From Candidatus Baldrarchaeum yapensis (lineage in GTDB: Archaea > Asgardarchaeota > Baldrarchaeia > Baldrarchaeales > Baldrarchaeaceae): DNA of 32,000 nt. A program made the position numbers and the translations under genes. The stretch lies in assembly GCA_016840465.1 (NCBI GenBank), contig JAEOSH010000009.1, forward strand, positions 20,695-52,694, given 5' to 3'. The notes under the pieces are model-generated. The model did not search any database. It was not told the origin of the DNA and saw nothing but the letters and a program-made list of their open reading frames with translations. How positions within the stretch are numbered: position 1 is the stretch's first letter; every line of letters begins with the position of its first letter. Shown here piece after piece: positions 19,027-27,735 of the stretch.

Positions 19027-21327
19027 TTATCCTTTTTTAACAGCATCCACTATTGCTCTTATTGAGTTTAGCAACTTATCGGTTTCCACTGATACCACGT
19101 CGACGTATCCGAGTTTATCGGGGTCGTATCCGAGTTCTTTTAAAACCTCCTTTGCGAATGCTACCATTCGCCTTGCCCTGACGCTACCATCTAAGTAGTG
19201 GCAACTCTTTTCGCCACACGCTATTACAAGGACCGCATCAGCGCCTTCTGCAAGCGCTTTCAATATGTCTAACAGTGATACACGTCCAGCGCACGGGAGC
19301 ATAATCGGGTACACGTATGATGGGTACTCCTTTCCCGTGATGCCTAAAAGGTCAAGTGTCGCGTATGCACATTCTTCGCAACAGAACGCGATCACTTTAG
19401 GAGACTCGTTATCGAGAGACTTTGCAGTTCTCAGCACCGCTTCTATCTGCTTGAACAGCAGTCCCCGTTCATAATCTCTTAGTTGCAGTGCACCCGTTGG
19501 GCAAAGAGCCGCGCAAATTCCGCATCCGTTGCACTTCGTAACATCTATCACCGGCTTGCCATTAACGAGTTTAGGTGCGCCGAACGGGCAAACCTCCTCG
19601 CATGCACCACATTGGCTACATAATTCCTCTCGAACAGCTGGTGTATATGTCTCCTTCGGGATTCCATTCCTCAGGAACTTGAGGGCTCGTTCGGCGGCGG
19701 CTGATGCATGGACTATAGCATCTGATACGAACATTGGCGTATATGCGGTTCCACATAGGAATATTCCACGTTCCCTCGTGTCCGTCGGTCTCACTTTCGC
19801 GTAAAGCGACTGGAGGAATTCATTGAGTTTTCTCGGCATTTTAAGGCCTTTAAGGAAGCCTGCGGCGTTTGGCTTCAGTGTTGGGGTCAGTACGACGAGA
19901 TCTGTTTCTATTGCCATTATTTGTCCCGTTATTGTGTTTTCCAAATATGCCACCGGCTTCTTCGTCTCCGGATCCAGATCTACCGTTGCGAGATCCCCTC
20001 TAATGAATATTACACCCATTTCGCGGGCTTTCTGGTATAGGTTTTCCGCGAAAAACGGAGATCTTATGTCCATGTACGATATTATCACATCGATGCCGCG
20101 CTCGCGGAGTTTTATTGCGTGCTTGAGAGCATAGGTACAGCAGATCCTCGAGCAGTAGGGATTGTCCTCGACCGTTCGGCTACCCGTGCATAACGCCATT
20201 AGAACCCTCTTTACCTCCTCACCTGTATCTGGGCGAATAACCTTACCTCCTGTCGGACCTTCTGGATCAAGCATTCTTTCTAATTGGAACTGCGTCACCA
20301 TGCTCTTTATCTTTCCGTAGTTGTAACCAGCGTATTTTGAGGGGTCTGCCTCTCTCATACCCGTCGCAATCAGTATTGCTCCCACGTTTACGGTAATCTC
20401 CTTTTCTTCACCGTCCAGGGAAATTGCATTTTGCTTACATGCTTCGACGCATTTACCACATTTTGTACACGCGGAGAAGTCAATTGCGTAGCCTTCGGGG
20501 TATGGCACCTTGGATGGAAGGTATATTGCCTTTCTCTTTGAGAGACCGAGGTTTAGGTCGTCGGGGACCTCCACCGGGCAAACCTTCGCGCACTCCCCGC
20601 AGAGCGTGCACTTCTCCGGATCAACCCCCCTCGGGCGCACCTTTATTGTAACCTTGAAGTCCCCGGGTTGTCCCTCGATCTTTTCAACTTCTGCACACGT
20701 GATCACATGCACAGTAGTTTCCTTAAGTTCCTGGTACAATTGTTTTAGAAGATCTTGTGGTGGTTTGAACGACGGAAAGAGATCCACGTGATTAGACACT
20801 ATTCCTCCCAAAGTTGGGCTTTTCTCGACCAAGAAAACTTCCACACCGGCGTTGCTGAGATCAACTGCTGCCCTTATTCCGGCAACCCCTCCGCCTATCA
20901 CTAATGCTGCGTTTTTCGGGGTTATAACTCTCGTTTCCGGCCCTTTAGTTTCCGAGATTCTTGCAAGTGCAGCCGCTAATAGAACCTTGGCTTTCCTAGT
21001 TGCGCCATCTCCATCACTTTTATGAGGCCATGCGCAGTGCTCACGTATGTTAACGAACTCTATCGGTACACTCAATCCGGCGCTTCCGAGCTTTTCTCTT
21101 ATCACGTCTCCGTAAATTTGCGGAGAACACGCGAGCACCACTAACGCATCCACTTTACCTTTAAGTTCCTCTGCAGCCTTTTTTGCATCCTCATTACAGA
21201 GTTTGTCGACCAGTACGACCGATACCACACCGTTTTGTTCCTCAGCGAACTTTTTCACCTCATCAAACTTTATAACCCCTCCAAGCGTCCCCCCACATGT
21301 GCATAAGATCACTCCGACATTCTTCAT
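19027..21327 (-). CDS. hdrA: HdrA-MvhD fusion protein (QmoB-like architecture)
   Basis: CTCGG..LC..ACSP..REHC, GGGVAG, inserted ferredoxin, LCTGSR..YCSRICC, C-terminal ferredoxin, then MvhD domain AFCCEEC..PCAGRV..C..CHY. Lacks the TFPTxDCxxC motif. ATG 21327 sits 6 nt after GAGGTG. Confidence 0.9.
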   Translation of the reverse strand: MKNVGVILCTCGGTLGGVIKFDEVKKFAEEQNGVVSVVLVDKLCNEDAKKAAEELKGKVDALVVLACSPQIYGDVIREKLGSAGLSVPIEFVNIREHCAWPHKSDGDGATRKAKVLLAAALARISETKGPETRVITPKNAALVIGGGVAGIRAAVDLSNAGVEVFLVEKSPTLGGIVSNHVDLFPSFKPPQDLLKQLYQELKETTVHVITCAEVEKIEGQPGDFKVTIKVRPRGVDPEKCTLCGECAKVCPVEVPDDLNLGLSKRKAIYLPSKVPYPEGYAIDFSACTKCGKCVEACKQNAISLDGEEKEITVNVGAILIATGMREADPSKYAGYNYGKIKSMVTQFQLERMLDPEGPTGGKVIRPDTGEEVKRVLMALCTGSRTVEDNPYCSRICCTYALKHAIKLRERGIDVIISYMDIRSPFFAENLYQKAREMGVIFIRGDLATVDLDPETKKPVAYLENTITGQIMAIETDLVVLTPTLKPNAAGFLKGLKMPRKLNEFLQSLYAKVRPTDTRERGIFLCGTAYTPMFVSDAIVHASAAAERALKFLRNGIPKETYTPAVREELCSQCGACEEVCPFGAPKLVNGKPVIDVTKCNGCGICAALCPTGALQLRDYERGLLFKQIEAVLRTAKSLDNESPKVIAFCCEECAYATLDLLGITGKEYPSYVYPIMLPCAGRVSLLDILKALAEGADAVLVIACGEKSCHYLDGSVRARRMVAFAKEVLKELGYDPDKLGYVDVVSVETDKLLNSIRAIVDAVKKG
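20522..20619. repeat. 98-bp near-identical segment, copy 1 (in hdrA-mvhD)
   Basis: 97/98 identical to 22188-22285; the single mismatch is 20582 vs 22248. Confidence 0.95.
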
Positions 21328-21337
21328 GCACAACACC

Positions 21338-22633
21338 TCACTTCAGGGAGTTTAATATCCTTATTGTGGCCGCATATGCGTCATTCATGAGGTCTGGTAT
21401 GCTCTTGGGGCCAGTGGCACATCCCACCGCAAATATTCCGTCAACCATCGTTTCCACGCCGTTTATCTCCTTTGTTTTTATAAAGCCATATTCGTCCGTC
21501 TCTATTCCGAGGATCTTTGAAATCTCCTCTGTGCCCTTGGAAGGTACGATTGCGGGAGTTATCACAAGGAGGTCGGCTTCGATTGTCTGGAGTGTCGACG
21601 TGTACGTGTCCTCAACGTATACCAGCAGTTTGTCCTTTTGCTTCTCAACGGCACCGACTCTTCCTCTTATGAATCTGACACCCTCGGCCCTCGCTCTTCT
21701 GTAGTAGTCCTCGTACTCTCCGAACGTTCTTATGTCCATGAAGCAGACTATGACCTCGATGCCCTTTTCTCTGAGCATCAAGGCGTGTTTGAGCGCGTAG
21801 GTGCAACATATCTTGGAACAGTAAGGCTTCAGCCTCTGGTCCCGAGATCCGCTGCATAACGTCATCACAACTCTTTTTGCCAGTTCCCCACTTTCTAGAT
21901 TCTTAACCTCACCGCCTGTGGGTCCATTCGGATCCAAGAGCCTAGCAAGTTGTAATTGGGTAATTACATTCTTGTACATGCCGTATCCGTACTCCTTGAG
22001 CAGTGTTGGGTCGAGTTCCTCGAATCCCGTCGCCACGACAATCGCATCGACCTCCAGCTCCATGGATTCACTCTTCCCATCGAGGCTTATTGCATCGAAT
22101 TTGCAGACCTCAACGCACTTGCCGCATTTATTGCAGTTTTCGAAGTCGACAACATAAGTTAACGGCATTGCTTGAGGATGCGGGAGATATATTGCCTTTC
22201 TCTTTGAGAGACCGAGGTTTAGGTCGTCGGGGACCTCCACCGGGCAAGCCTTCGCGCACTCCCCGCAGAGCGTGCACTTCTCCGGGTCCACACCCATGGG
22301 ATGCCGTTCAAGCTTTACTTTGAATCCACCGTTTTTTCTTTCTACGCTCTTTACAACAGTGCGAGTTAGGATCTTGATGTTCGGGTGGTCTTTGATGTTG
22401 AGGCGATAATAACATTTCCTAAAGCCTCTCGTTCCCTTTAGCAATTCGGACCGTGAAATGCAAAGCCCGCAGTCATCCGTGGGAAAGACCTTGCCGACCC
22501 TAAGTATATTCCCCCCGAGTGTTGCCTCCTTTTCGGCGATAAATACCTTAATTCCAAAATCCGCAAGTTCTATTGCGGTTTGGATTCCGGCTACTCCGCC
22601 CCCTATTATCAAAACAGACCTTTCATTCGCCAT
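21338..22633 (-). CDS. hdrA: Short HdrA (FAD domain plus inserted ferredoxin only; QmoA-like architecture)
   Basis: Starts directly at [10 protein letters not shown]; [10 protein letters not shown]; 2x[4Fe-4S]; LCSGSRD..YCSKICC; GCATGPKSI. No N-terminal cluster domain and no C-terminal ferredoxin. Confidence 0.88.
   Translation of the reverse strand: MANERSVLIIGGGVAGIQTAIELADFGIKVFIAEKEATLGGNILRVGKVFPTDDCGLCISRSELLKGTRGFRKCYYRLNIKDHPNIKILTRTVVKSVERKNGGFKVKLERHPMGVDPEKCTLCGECAKACPVEVPDDLNLGLSKRKAIYLPHPQAMPLTYVVDFENCNKCGKCVEVCKFDAISLDGKSESMELEVDAIVVATGFEELDPTLLKEYGYGMYKNVITQLQLARLLDPNGPTGGEVKNLESGELAKRVVMTLCSGSRDQRLKPYCSKICCTYALKHALMLREKGIEVIVCFMDIRTFGEYEDYYRRARAEGVRFIRGRVGAVEKQKDKLLVYVEDTYTSTLQTIEADLLVITPAIVPSKGTEEISKILGIETDEYGFIKTKEINGVETMVDGIFAVGCATGPKSIPDLMNDAYAATIRILNSLK
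22188..22285. repeat. 98-bp near-identical segment, copy 2 (in short hdrA)
   Basis: 97/98 identical to 20522-20619; flanks diverge immediately. Confidence 0.95.
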
Positions 22634-22643
22634 TTGTACCTAC

Positions 22644-23525
22644 CTACCTTATCTTTTTGAGAACGCGATCCACTTTAACCCTATGCATCCCGAGGCCCAG
22701 TTCCCGCGGGCTAAGGCCAATTGCGTACCCGAGGAGTTCGGAGAAGTAAAACACCGGGATGTCGAAACGTTCCTTAGTGAGCCTTCTTATCTCAAACTGT
22801 CCCATGTCGTACTGTATAAAGCAGAAGGGACACGCAACCACCATGCAGTCCGCGCCGGCTTCCTTCACTCTAACGAGTTTTTCTCGGGCCATCCTTATGG
22901 AGTATTCGGACATCACATTTCTAAGGCCTGCGCCACAGCATAGTGTTTTCATCTCATATTGTTGAGGGGTTGCACCGAGGGCTTCGACGAGTTCGTCCAA
23001 TTTTCTCGGGTTTTCGGGGTCATCGAATTTCAGTATTTCGCTGGGACGGAGAATGTGGCAACCGTAATGTGCGGCTACTTTCAGCCCCTCCAGTGGCCTC
23101 TTCACCATCTCTCTTATCTTCTGGAGGCCAATATCATGATAAAACACCTCGAGGAGGTGCTTAACCTTCGCCTTTCCCTTGAATTCCCTATTTGCCTTAG
23201 CTAAAATTTCGTTGATTTTTTCTCTCATCTCCGCGTCCTCTGTGAGGGTCACGTATGCGGTCTTTAGGGTTTCGTAGCATCCGTTGCAAAGAGTAAGTAT
23301 ATCAAGCCCCATTTCATCTGCAACTGCGAGATTCCGCGCTGCTATTGCAAGCCACGTCAAGTAGTCCATGTTTCTTATGCCTATGGGATCAGGACAACAC
23401 GTTGCTTCACGCATATCGACAAGTTCCACTCCAAACTCAGCTAGGACGTTTCGAGTTGCGTATTCCAGGTTAGGTAGACGAAGGGGTATCATACAGCCGA
23501 GAAACAGGGCGTATTTCATATTCAT
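22644..23525 (-). CDS. hdrB: Heterodisulfide reductase subunit B (copy 2)
   Basis: LFLGC, TCCPDP, LCNGC, HYGCH, LCCGAG, ACPFC (two CCG domains). Confidence 0.95.
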   Translation of the reverse strand: MNMKYALFLGCMIPLRLPNLEYATRNVLAEFGVELVDMREATCCPDPIGIRNMDYLTWLAIAARNLAVADEMGLDILTLCNGCYETLKTAYVTLTEDAEMREKINEILAKANREFKGKAKVKHLLEVFYHDIGLQKIREMVKRPLEGLKVAAHYGCHILRPSEILKFDDPENPRKLDELVEALGATPQQYEMKTLCCGAGLRNVMSEYSIRMAREKLVRVKEAGADCMVVACPFCFIQYDMGQFEIRRLTKERFDIPVFYFSELLGYAIGLSPRELGLGMHRVKVDRVLKKIR

Positions 23526-24031
23526 CCCCTCACAAGCTTTAGAAATCCTGTGGCTTCGAATATTTTCATTATCTCCTCGGTGTTTGGCTTGGGGAGTTCT
23601 GGCAGTTTCATTTCTTGTCGTCTCTTCAGGATGGCTGCCGCCGCTGGAATTGTAAACCCAGTTTCGACGAATTGTGACGCTATTGCCTTGACACCTTCAG
23701 GAACGTTGTTCTTCCTGGTTGCGAAGTTTCTAATTATTGAGAGGACCTCGGAGACCTTTACCCCTTGTGGGCATCTCTCGATACAGGTGTGACAAGCAAC
23801 ACATAGCCATATATCCGGGGATGAGAGAAGATCTTCCGTCAAGCCGAGTAATGCGGACTCTATTAGGAGCCGCGGGTTATAACGTCCCGTTATCTTCGTA
23901 CTGGGACAACATCCGGTACATGTACCACATTGGAAGCAGTAATTTATTGTTCTTGCCTCATGGAAGTGTTCTTCGAGTTTTTTCCTAAATTCAAGGTCAA
24001 ACTCCGTCTTGGGGAGTCTTCGTCCGAGCAT
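23522..24031 (-). CDS. hdrC: Heterodisulfide reductase subunit C (copy 2)
   Basis: CFQCGTCTGCCP, WLCVACHTCIERCPQGV. Confidence 0.93.
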   Translation of the reverse strand: MLGRRLPKTEFDLEFRKKLEEHFHEARTINYCFQCGTCTGCCPSTKITGRYNPRLLIESALLGLTEDLLSSPDIWLCVACHTCIERCPQGVKVSEVLSIIRNFATRKNNVPEGVKAIASQFVETGFTIPAAAAILKRRQEMKLPELPKPNTEEIMKIFEATGFLKLVRG

Positions 24032-24044
24032 TCTTTCACCTTCC

Positions 24045-24893
24045 TCAGCCTTGGGTTAATAGCAGGGACTTCACCCTGTTCCAGAGCGGGGTATTAACAT
24101 CAGGACAGGATACGCTCTCTCTAGATATTCTTATTGCGCCGGGTGAGGGACACACCCTCACACATACACCGCACAACACACAAAACTGATTGAGGATACG
24201 TGGTCTTTTTGCATCAAGAGTCCTTAAAGTCTTTCTGACAACCGCCCTCCTGACCTTATTCTCCTCAACCTCGGGGTGGAATATTGCGTGCGCCGGGCAA
24301 GCAATAGCACAGAGGTGGCATCCCTCTCTGCACAATTCGGGCGAGATTTCAACCCGACCGTTGAAAACCTTCTCTACTTTTATAGCCCCCCTTCCGCACA
24401 CCTCAGCGCACCAGCCGCACGCTATGCACAAGTCTCGGTTTATAATAATACTTCCATCGGAATCCTTCAGTATCGCGTTCCGCGAGCAAACTTTTGCGCA
24501 CGCACCACAGCCGTTACATTTCTCCTCGTCTATTATGGCATACTTTCTCATGGGAGGAATAATGCCGTTCTTTATAAGCAGAGGCGTGGCTTCGGGTGTG
24601 CACCCCGGTTTCCCATGTTCGAAGCTTATCGCACCGAATTGACACACAACAGAGCATAGCCCACAAAAGGAGCATTTTTCGTGATCTAATGAGAATTTCA
24701 CCTTAATACTGCCATCTCTAACCTCTACCTCTACAGATATGGCGTTTTTTGGACATGTGGTTGCACAAATACCGCATCCAGTACATAAACTCGAATTGTG
24801 CGATAGTTTCACGTAGTAGGTGTAAGAGCGCAGTACAACGGTGAACCTACCGTCTTCATGCTCGGTAACAATTCTGGACCACAGCGGCATCAC
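24045..24893 (-). CDS. Polyferredoxin with six [4Fe-4S] motifs, FwdF-like
   Basis: CTGCGICATTC, CSFCGLCSVVC, CNGCGACAKVC, CIACGWCAEVC, CREGCHLCAIAC, CVLCGVCVRVC. The AIKVEKVFNG and terminal AIRISRE segments recall FwdF. Confidence 0.8.
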   Translation of the reverse strand: MMPLWSRIVTEHEDGRFTVVLRSYTYYVKLSHNSSLCTGCGICATTCPKNAISVEVEVRDGSIKVKFSLDHEKCSFCGLCSVVCQFGAISFEHGKPGCTPEATPLLIKNGIIPPMRKYAIIDEEKCNGCGACAKVCSRNAILKDSDGSIIINRDLCIACGWCAEVCGRGAIKVEKVFNGRVEISPELCREGCHLCAIACPAHAIFHPEVEENKVRRAVVRKTLRTLDAKRPRILNQFCVLCGVCVRVCPSPGAIRISRESVSCPDVNTPLWNRVKSLLLTQG

Positions 24894-25777
24894 CCATCCC
24901 TCGATATCTTGCTCAAGAGCGGTGATACGTCAGACGCATGGGTGTTCAGTCCCAGCTCCTCGGGGGGTATTCCGAATGCGAGTCCTATCAACTCCGTTAG
25001 GTAAAGGACAGGTATTGAGATATTCTCCTTAAGGTCCCGCTTTGCCGCCTGTTGTCCCATATCGAATTGTATGAAGCAGAATGGACATGCTGTCACTATA
25101 CAATCTGCGCCCTCTTCTGCTATGCTTCTCAACTTCTCGACCATCATTTTCATGCTGAGTTCTTGGTCTATTCCGCTCAGCGTTCCTCCGCAACATTCGT
25201 ACTTGCCCGTATATTCTATTGGCTTTGCACCCAAGGCCTCAACAATTTTATCCAGAAGTTTGGGCTTTTGGGGGTTATCTGACGTCCTGAGTGCCCTGCC
25301 GGGACGGAAGAGGTGGCAGCCTGGGAACGTTGCTACACTGATATCTTTTAAGTCTGCAGACACTTTCTTCTTCAACTCGCCGACGCCTATGTCTTTGGCT
25401 AGTAGAATGGCTATGTGTTTCACATTGACATTCGTGCTAAGCTTCCTTCCCGCGGAATTCAGGATATCTTCGACCTTTTTCCTTGTGTTGACATTTTGCT
25501 CAAGTTCGATTTTTGCCCTAAGCAACGTTTCGAAACACCCGCTACATAATGTTAATATGTCGAGGCCCTTCTCTGCTGCAACGGATAGGTTTCTTGCCGA
25601 TATTGCGAGAGCACCGTAAAAATCGAGAGAGTATAGAGGTGCTGGACCGCAACATGAGAACTCCTTAAGGGTCACGAGCTCGATTCCAAGTGCCTCTAGA
25701 ACCTTACGAGCGGAAATTTCGTAGCTTATTGACCGGACCGGGATCGTGCATCCGAGAAAGAAGGCATACTTTCTCAT
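24890..25777 (-). CDS. hdrB: Heterodisulfide reductase subunit B (copy 1)
   Basis: FFLGC, SCCGP, LCSGC, FPGCH (HYGCH variant), ECCGG, ACPFC. Confidence 0.92.
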   Translation of the reverse strand: MRKYAFFLGCTIPVRSISYEISARKVLEALGIELVTLKEFSCCGPAPLYSLDFYGALAISARNLSVAAEKGLDILTLCSGCFETLLRAKIELEQNVNTRKKVEDILNSAGRKLSTNVNVKHIAILLAKDIGVGELKKKVSADLKDISVATFPGCHLFRPGRALRTSDNPQKPKLLDKIVEALGAKPIEYTGKYECCGGTLSGIDQELSMKMMVEKLRSIAEEGADCIVTACPFCFIQFDMGQQAAKRDLKENISIPVLYLTELIGLAFGIPPEELGLNTHASDVSPLLSKISRDG

Positions 25778-25779
25778 TC

Positions 25780-26235
25780 TTATCCCTCTCTTATGAACAC
25801 AGATAGTCCGGATGTGTTAATGATGGATTTTATCTCCTTTATTGTCTCCTGGGATGGTGATGGGTCCGGCAACCCGTATTCTTCTCTCTCCATGAGCGCA
25901 AACTCATCGAGTTCGAGCGCGGTTCCGTGCTTTGATATATTTGCCAGAAGCATCTTATATGCGGCGGGGAGGTTTCCATGTTTTGCTATGTAATTACGCA
26001 GTCTTGTGAGGATATCCGGAAACTCCACCGCCTTGGGGCAACGCTCACTGCATATGTAGCAGTATGAGCATAGCCACACCGAGGGCTCATTTATCAGGCG
26101 GTTAACATCTACCACTGCCGTGTGGATTATCCTCATGGGTCTAAACCTTTTATCCAACCTGCTGACAAGGCAACCGCCGACACATGTTCCACATGCAACG
26201 CATATTTGAATCTTCTCGGCTATTTCTGATAGCAT
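25780..26235 (-). CDS. hdrC: Heterodisulfide reductase subunit C (copy 1)
   Basis: CVACGTCVGGC, WLCSYCYICSERCPKAV. Confidence 0.9.
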   Translation of the reverse strand: MLSEIAEKIQICVACGTCVGGCLVSRLDKRFRPMRIIHTAVVDVNRLINEPSVWLCSYCYICSERCPKAVEFPDILTRLRNYIAKHGNLPAAYKMLLANISKHGTALELDEFALMEREEYGLPDPSPSQETIKEIKSIINTSGLSVFIREG

Positions 26236-26572
26236 CGAGTTACACCATTGAGTTGTGGCTATCAGATTTCTGAAACTTCTGTTTCTTAAATTCTTTTCAT
26301 GCCACTAATTATGCTCTCTTCGGCATATATGCTAATATCTGCCACCCGGATTCTTCAAATTCAATGATTTAATGTAATCATCGAAAAAATCTTAATAGTC
26401 CACCATTTTTTTGATGCTCAAGTGTCGTTGCACTTTTAAGGCGATTTTTGTCTACAGGTATTTCTTATAAGAAACCTCGACAAAATATAAAGTTCAAACC
26501 CCTTGCTTTATTGAACTCTAACGTAATTCTTTGCCTTGTGGATCTGTTACGGAAAAGCAAGCTTAAATACAC

Positions 26573-26608
26573 ATTTGAATAATTTGAATAACTTGTTTAA
26601 CTCGATGA
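26573..26608 (+). repeat. Four tandem 9-bp direct repeats at the element left end
   Basis: ATTTGAATA ATTTGAATA ACTTGTTTA ACTCGATGA (A1, T3, G5, A9 invariant), between CTTAAATA and the HTH start. Confidence 0.6.
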
Positions 26609-26619
26609 AAATGGAGATA

Positions 26620-26781
26620 ATGATGAAAGTTGGCGAAGTTGCGAAAATCTTGAACATCAGCAGGCACATTGCCCAAATGAGAACGGTGAGGCTCCCCGGC
26701 GGGCGGTACTGGATCCCAGAGTCGGAGGTGCGGAGGATACTTGAAAGCGGAGGCGATAAAGGACGTACACGGTTCCGATAG
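26620..26781 (+). pseudogene. MerR/excisionase-type HTH like the IS607 TnpA N-terminus, with an internal deletion and no recombinase domain
   Basis: MMKVGEVAKILNISRH..RTVRLPGGRYWIPESEVRRILE; RBS GGAG at 26613. The usual W..EGKI helix segment appears to be missing. Confidence 0.72.
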
Positions 26782-27730
26782 ATGATCTCCCGCGGGCCTC
26801 ATCGAAAATTTCTTCGAAATCAGGGGGAGGGCATTGGAGGAAACCCTGAGGTGCGTGAAGCACTCGAAGAGCGGGAAGGCCCACCCGAAGCTCGGCAGGA
26901 AGAGAAGAGGCTGAGGAACGAACTCCTCAAAGACTGGGGGTACGCAAACACCACGTCGACTCCGCAATAAACTCGCGATTGAGCCCGTGAAGGGCCGGAT
27001 CTCCCTCCTCAAGAGGGGCGTGGCGAAGGAAAAACCAAAAATGACTAGGAAGATCGTGTACGTGAAAACATCCCTCTTCTCGTGAAGAACGGAAAAATAA
27101 AAATCACGATCACGCCCGAAGGCGGTACCTCGAAGTCGATCTGCCCCGATTTGACTACTTGCCGAAAGACTACGACGCAATCGGCGGCCAGCTCCTGACC
27201 GAGAAGCATCTGATAATAACGTTCAAGAGGAGGGTGGAGCCAGAAGACTACGTCGCGTTCAACGTGAACCTCACGAACGTCACCGCGCTCATCAACGGGA
27301 AAATCGTGAGGCACGACTTGAGAAATCTGTACCACGTCCACAGGGCGTACGAGGAGAAGAGGAGGATGCAGAAACTCTCCAAGACGAGGCCGAGGATCGC
27401 AAGGAGGCTGATAGGGGAAGTATTTTAGGAGGGAGAGGAACAGGGCGCGGGACTTCATGCACAAGTTGACAACCGCGATTGCGAGGGGCTCACATCTCTC
27501 AAGTGCGGCGCGACCCTCGAAGACCTGCCCGCTCTGCTCTGGCCGCATGGCGGCCTATGCGGGCAGGACGATGAGGTATAGGAAGTGCGGGTAGATCTTG
27601 GATAGGAACGTCGTGGCGTTCTGAACTTCGGATGTGGGGCTCGGGGGTTACCCCGAAAGGGGCGAGCCCGGAAAAGGTGATATACCCCAAAGCGGACATA
27701 TGTCTATCAAAGATCACGTCCGCCGAACCC
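26741..27730 (+). pseudogene. tnpB: tnpB (RNA-guided nuclease) pseudogene, archaeal type
   Basis: Stitched reading: MKAEAIK/AYTVP..SKSGKAH..LRNELLKDWGYA/HHVDSAINS..YVKTSLF..VAFNVNLTN (RuvC-I)..HKLTTAIAR..LEDL/SKTCPLCSG..DRNVVA..MWGSGVTPKG. At least eight frameshifts, a TAG and a large internal deletion. TTG start after GGAGGA. Confidence 0.85.
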
Positions 27731-27735
27731 CGAAA
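27630..27735 (+). ncRNA. Candidate omegaRNA/reRNA scaffold overlapping the tnpB 3' end
   Basis: GGGCTCG(27637-43)/CGAGCCC(27663-69) stem enclosing CCCC-GAAA-GGGG; second stem GCGGAC(27692-97)/GTCCGC(27718-23). Position is typical of TnpB RNAs. Confidence 0.45.

Larger units (their letters stand above)
26560..27735 (+). mobile_element. Decayed non-autonomous IS607-like (IS200/IS605 superfamily, tnpB-carrying) element; ends approximate
   Basis: 9-bp-periodic repeats, a MerR-type HTH ORF, a frameshifted tnpB and GC-rich 3' hairpins; visibly more GC-rich than the flanks. Confidence 0.75.

Noticed and set aside
16130-26235. Selenocysteine recoding in HdrA/MvhD, as known in Methanococcales and some Asgard archaea
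   Set aside because: The ORFs are open without in-frame TGA; the TFPTDDCAMC Cys codons are TGT/TGC and the MvhD motifs are all Cys. No SECIS is needed.
13322-27730. Frameshifts as long-read homopolymer sequencing errors
   Set aside because: Indels are confined to three loci, while more than 25 kb of neighbouring genes are intact.
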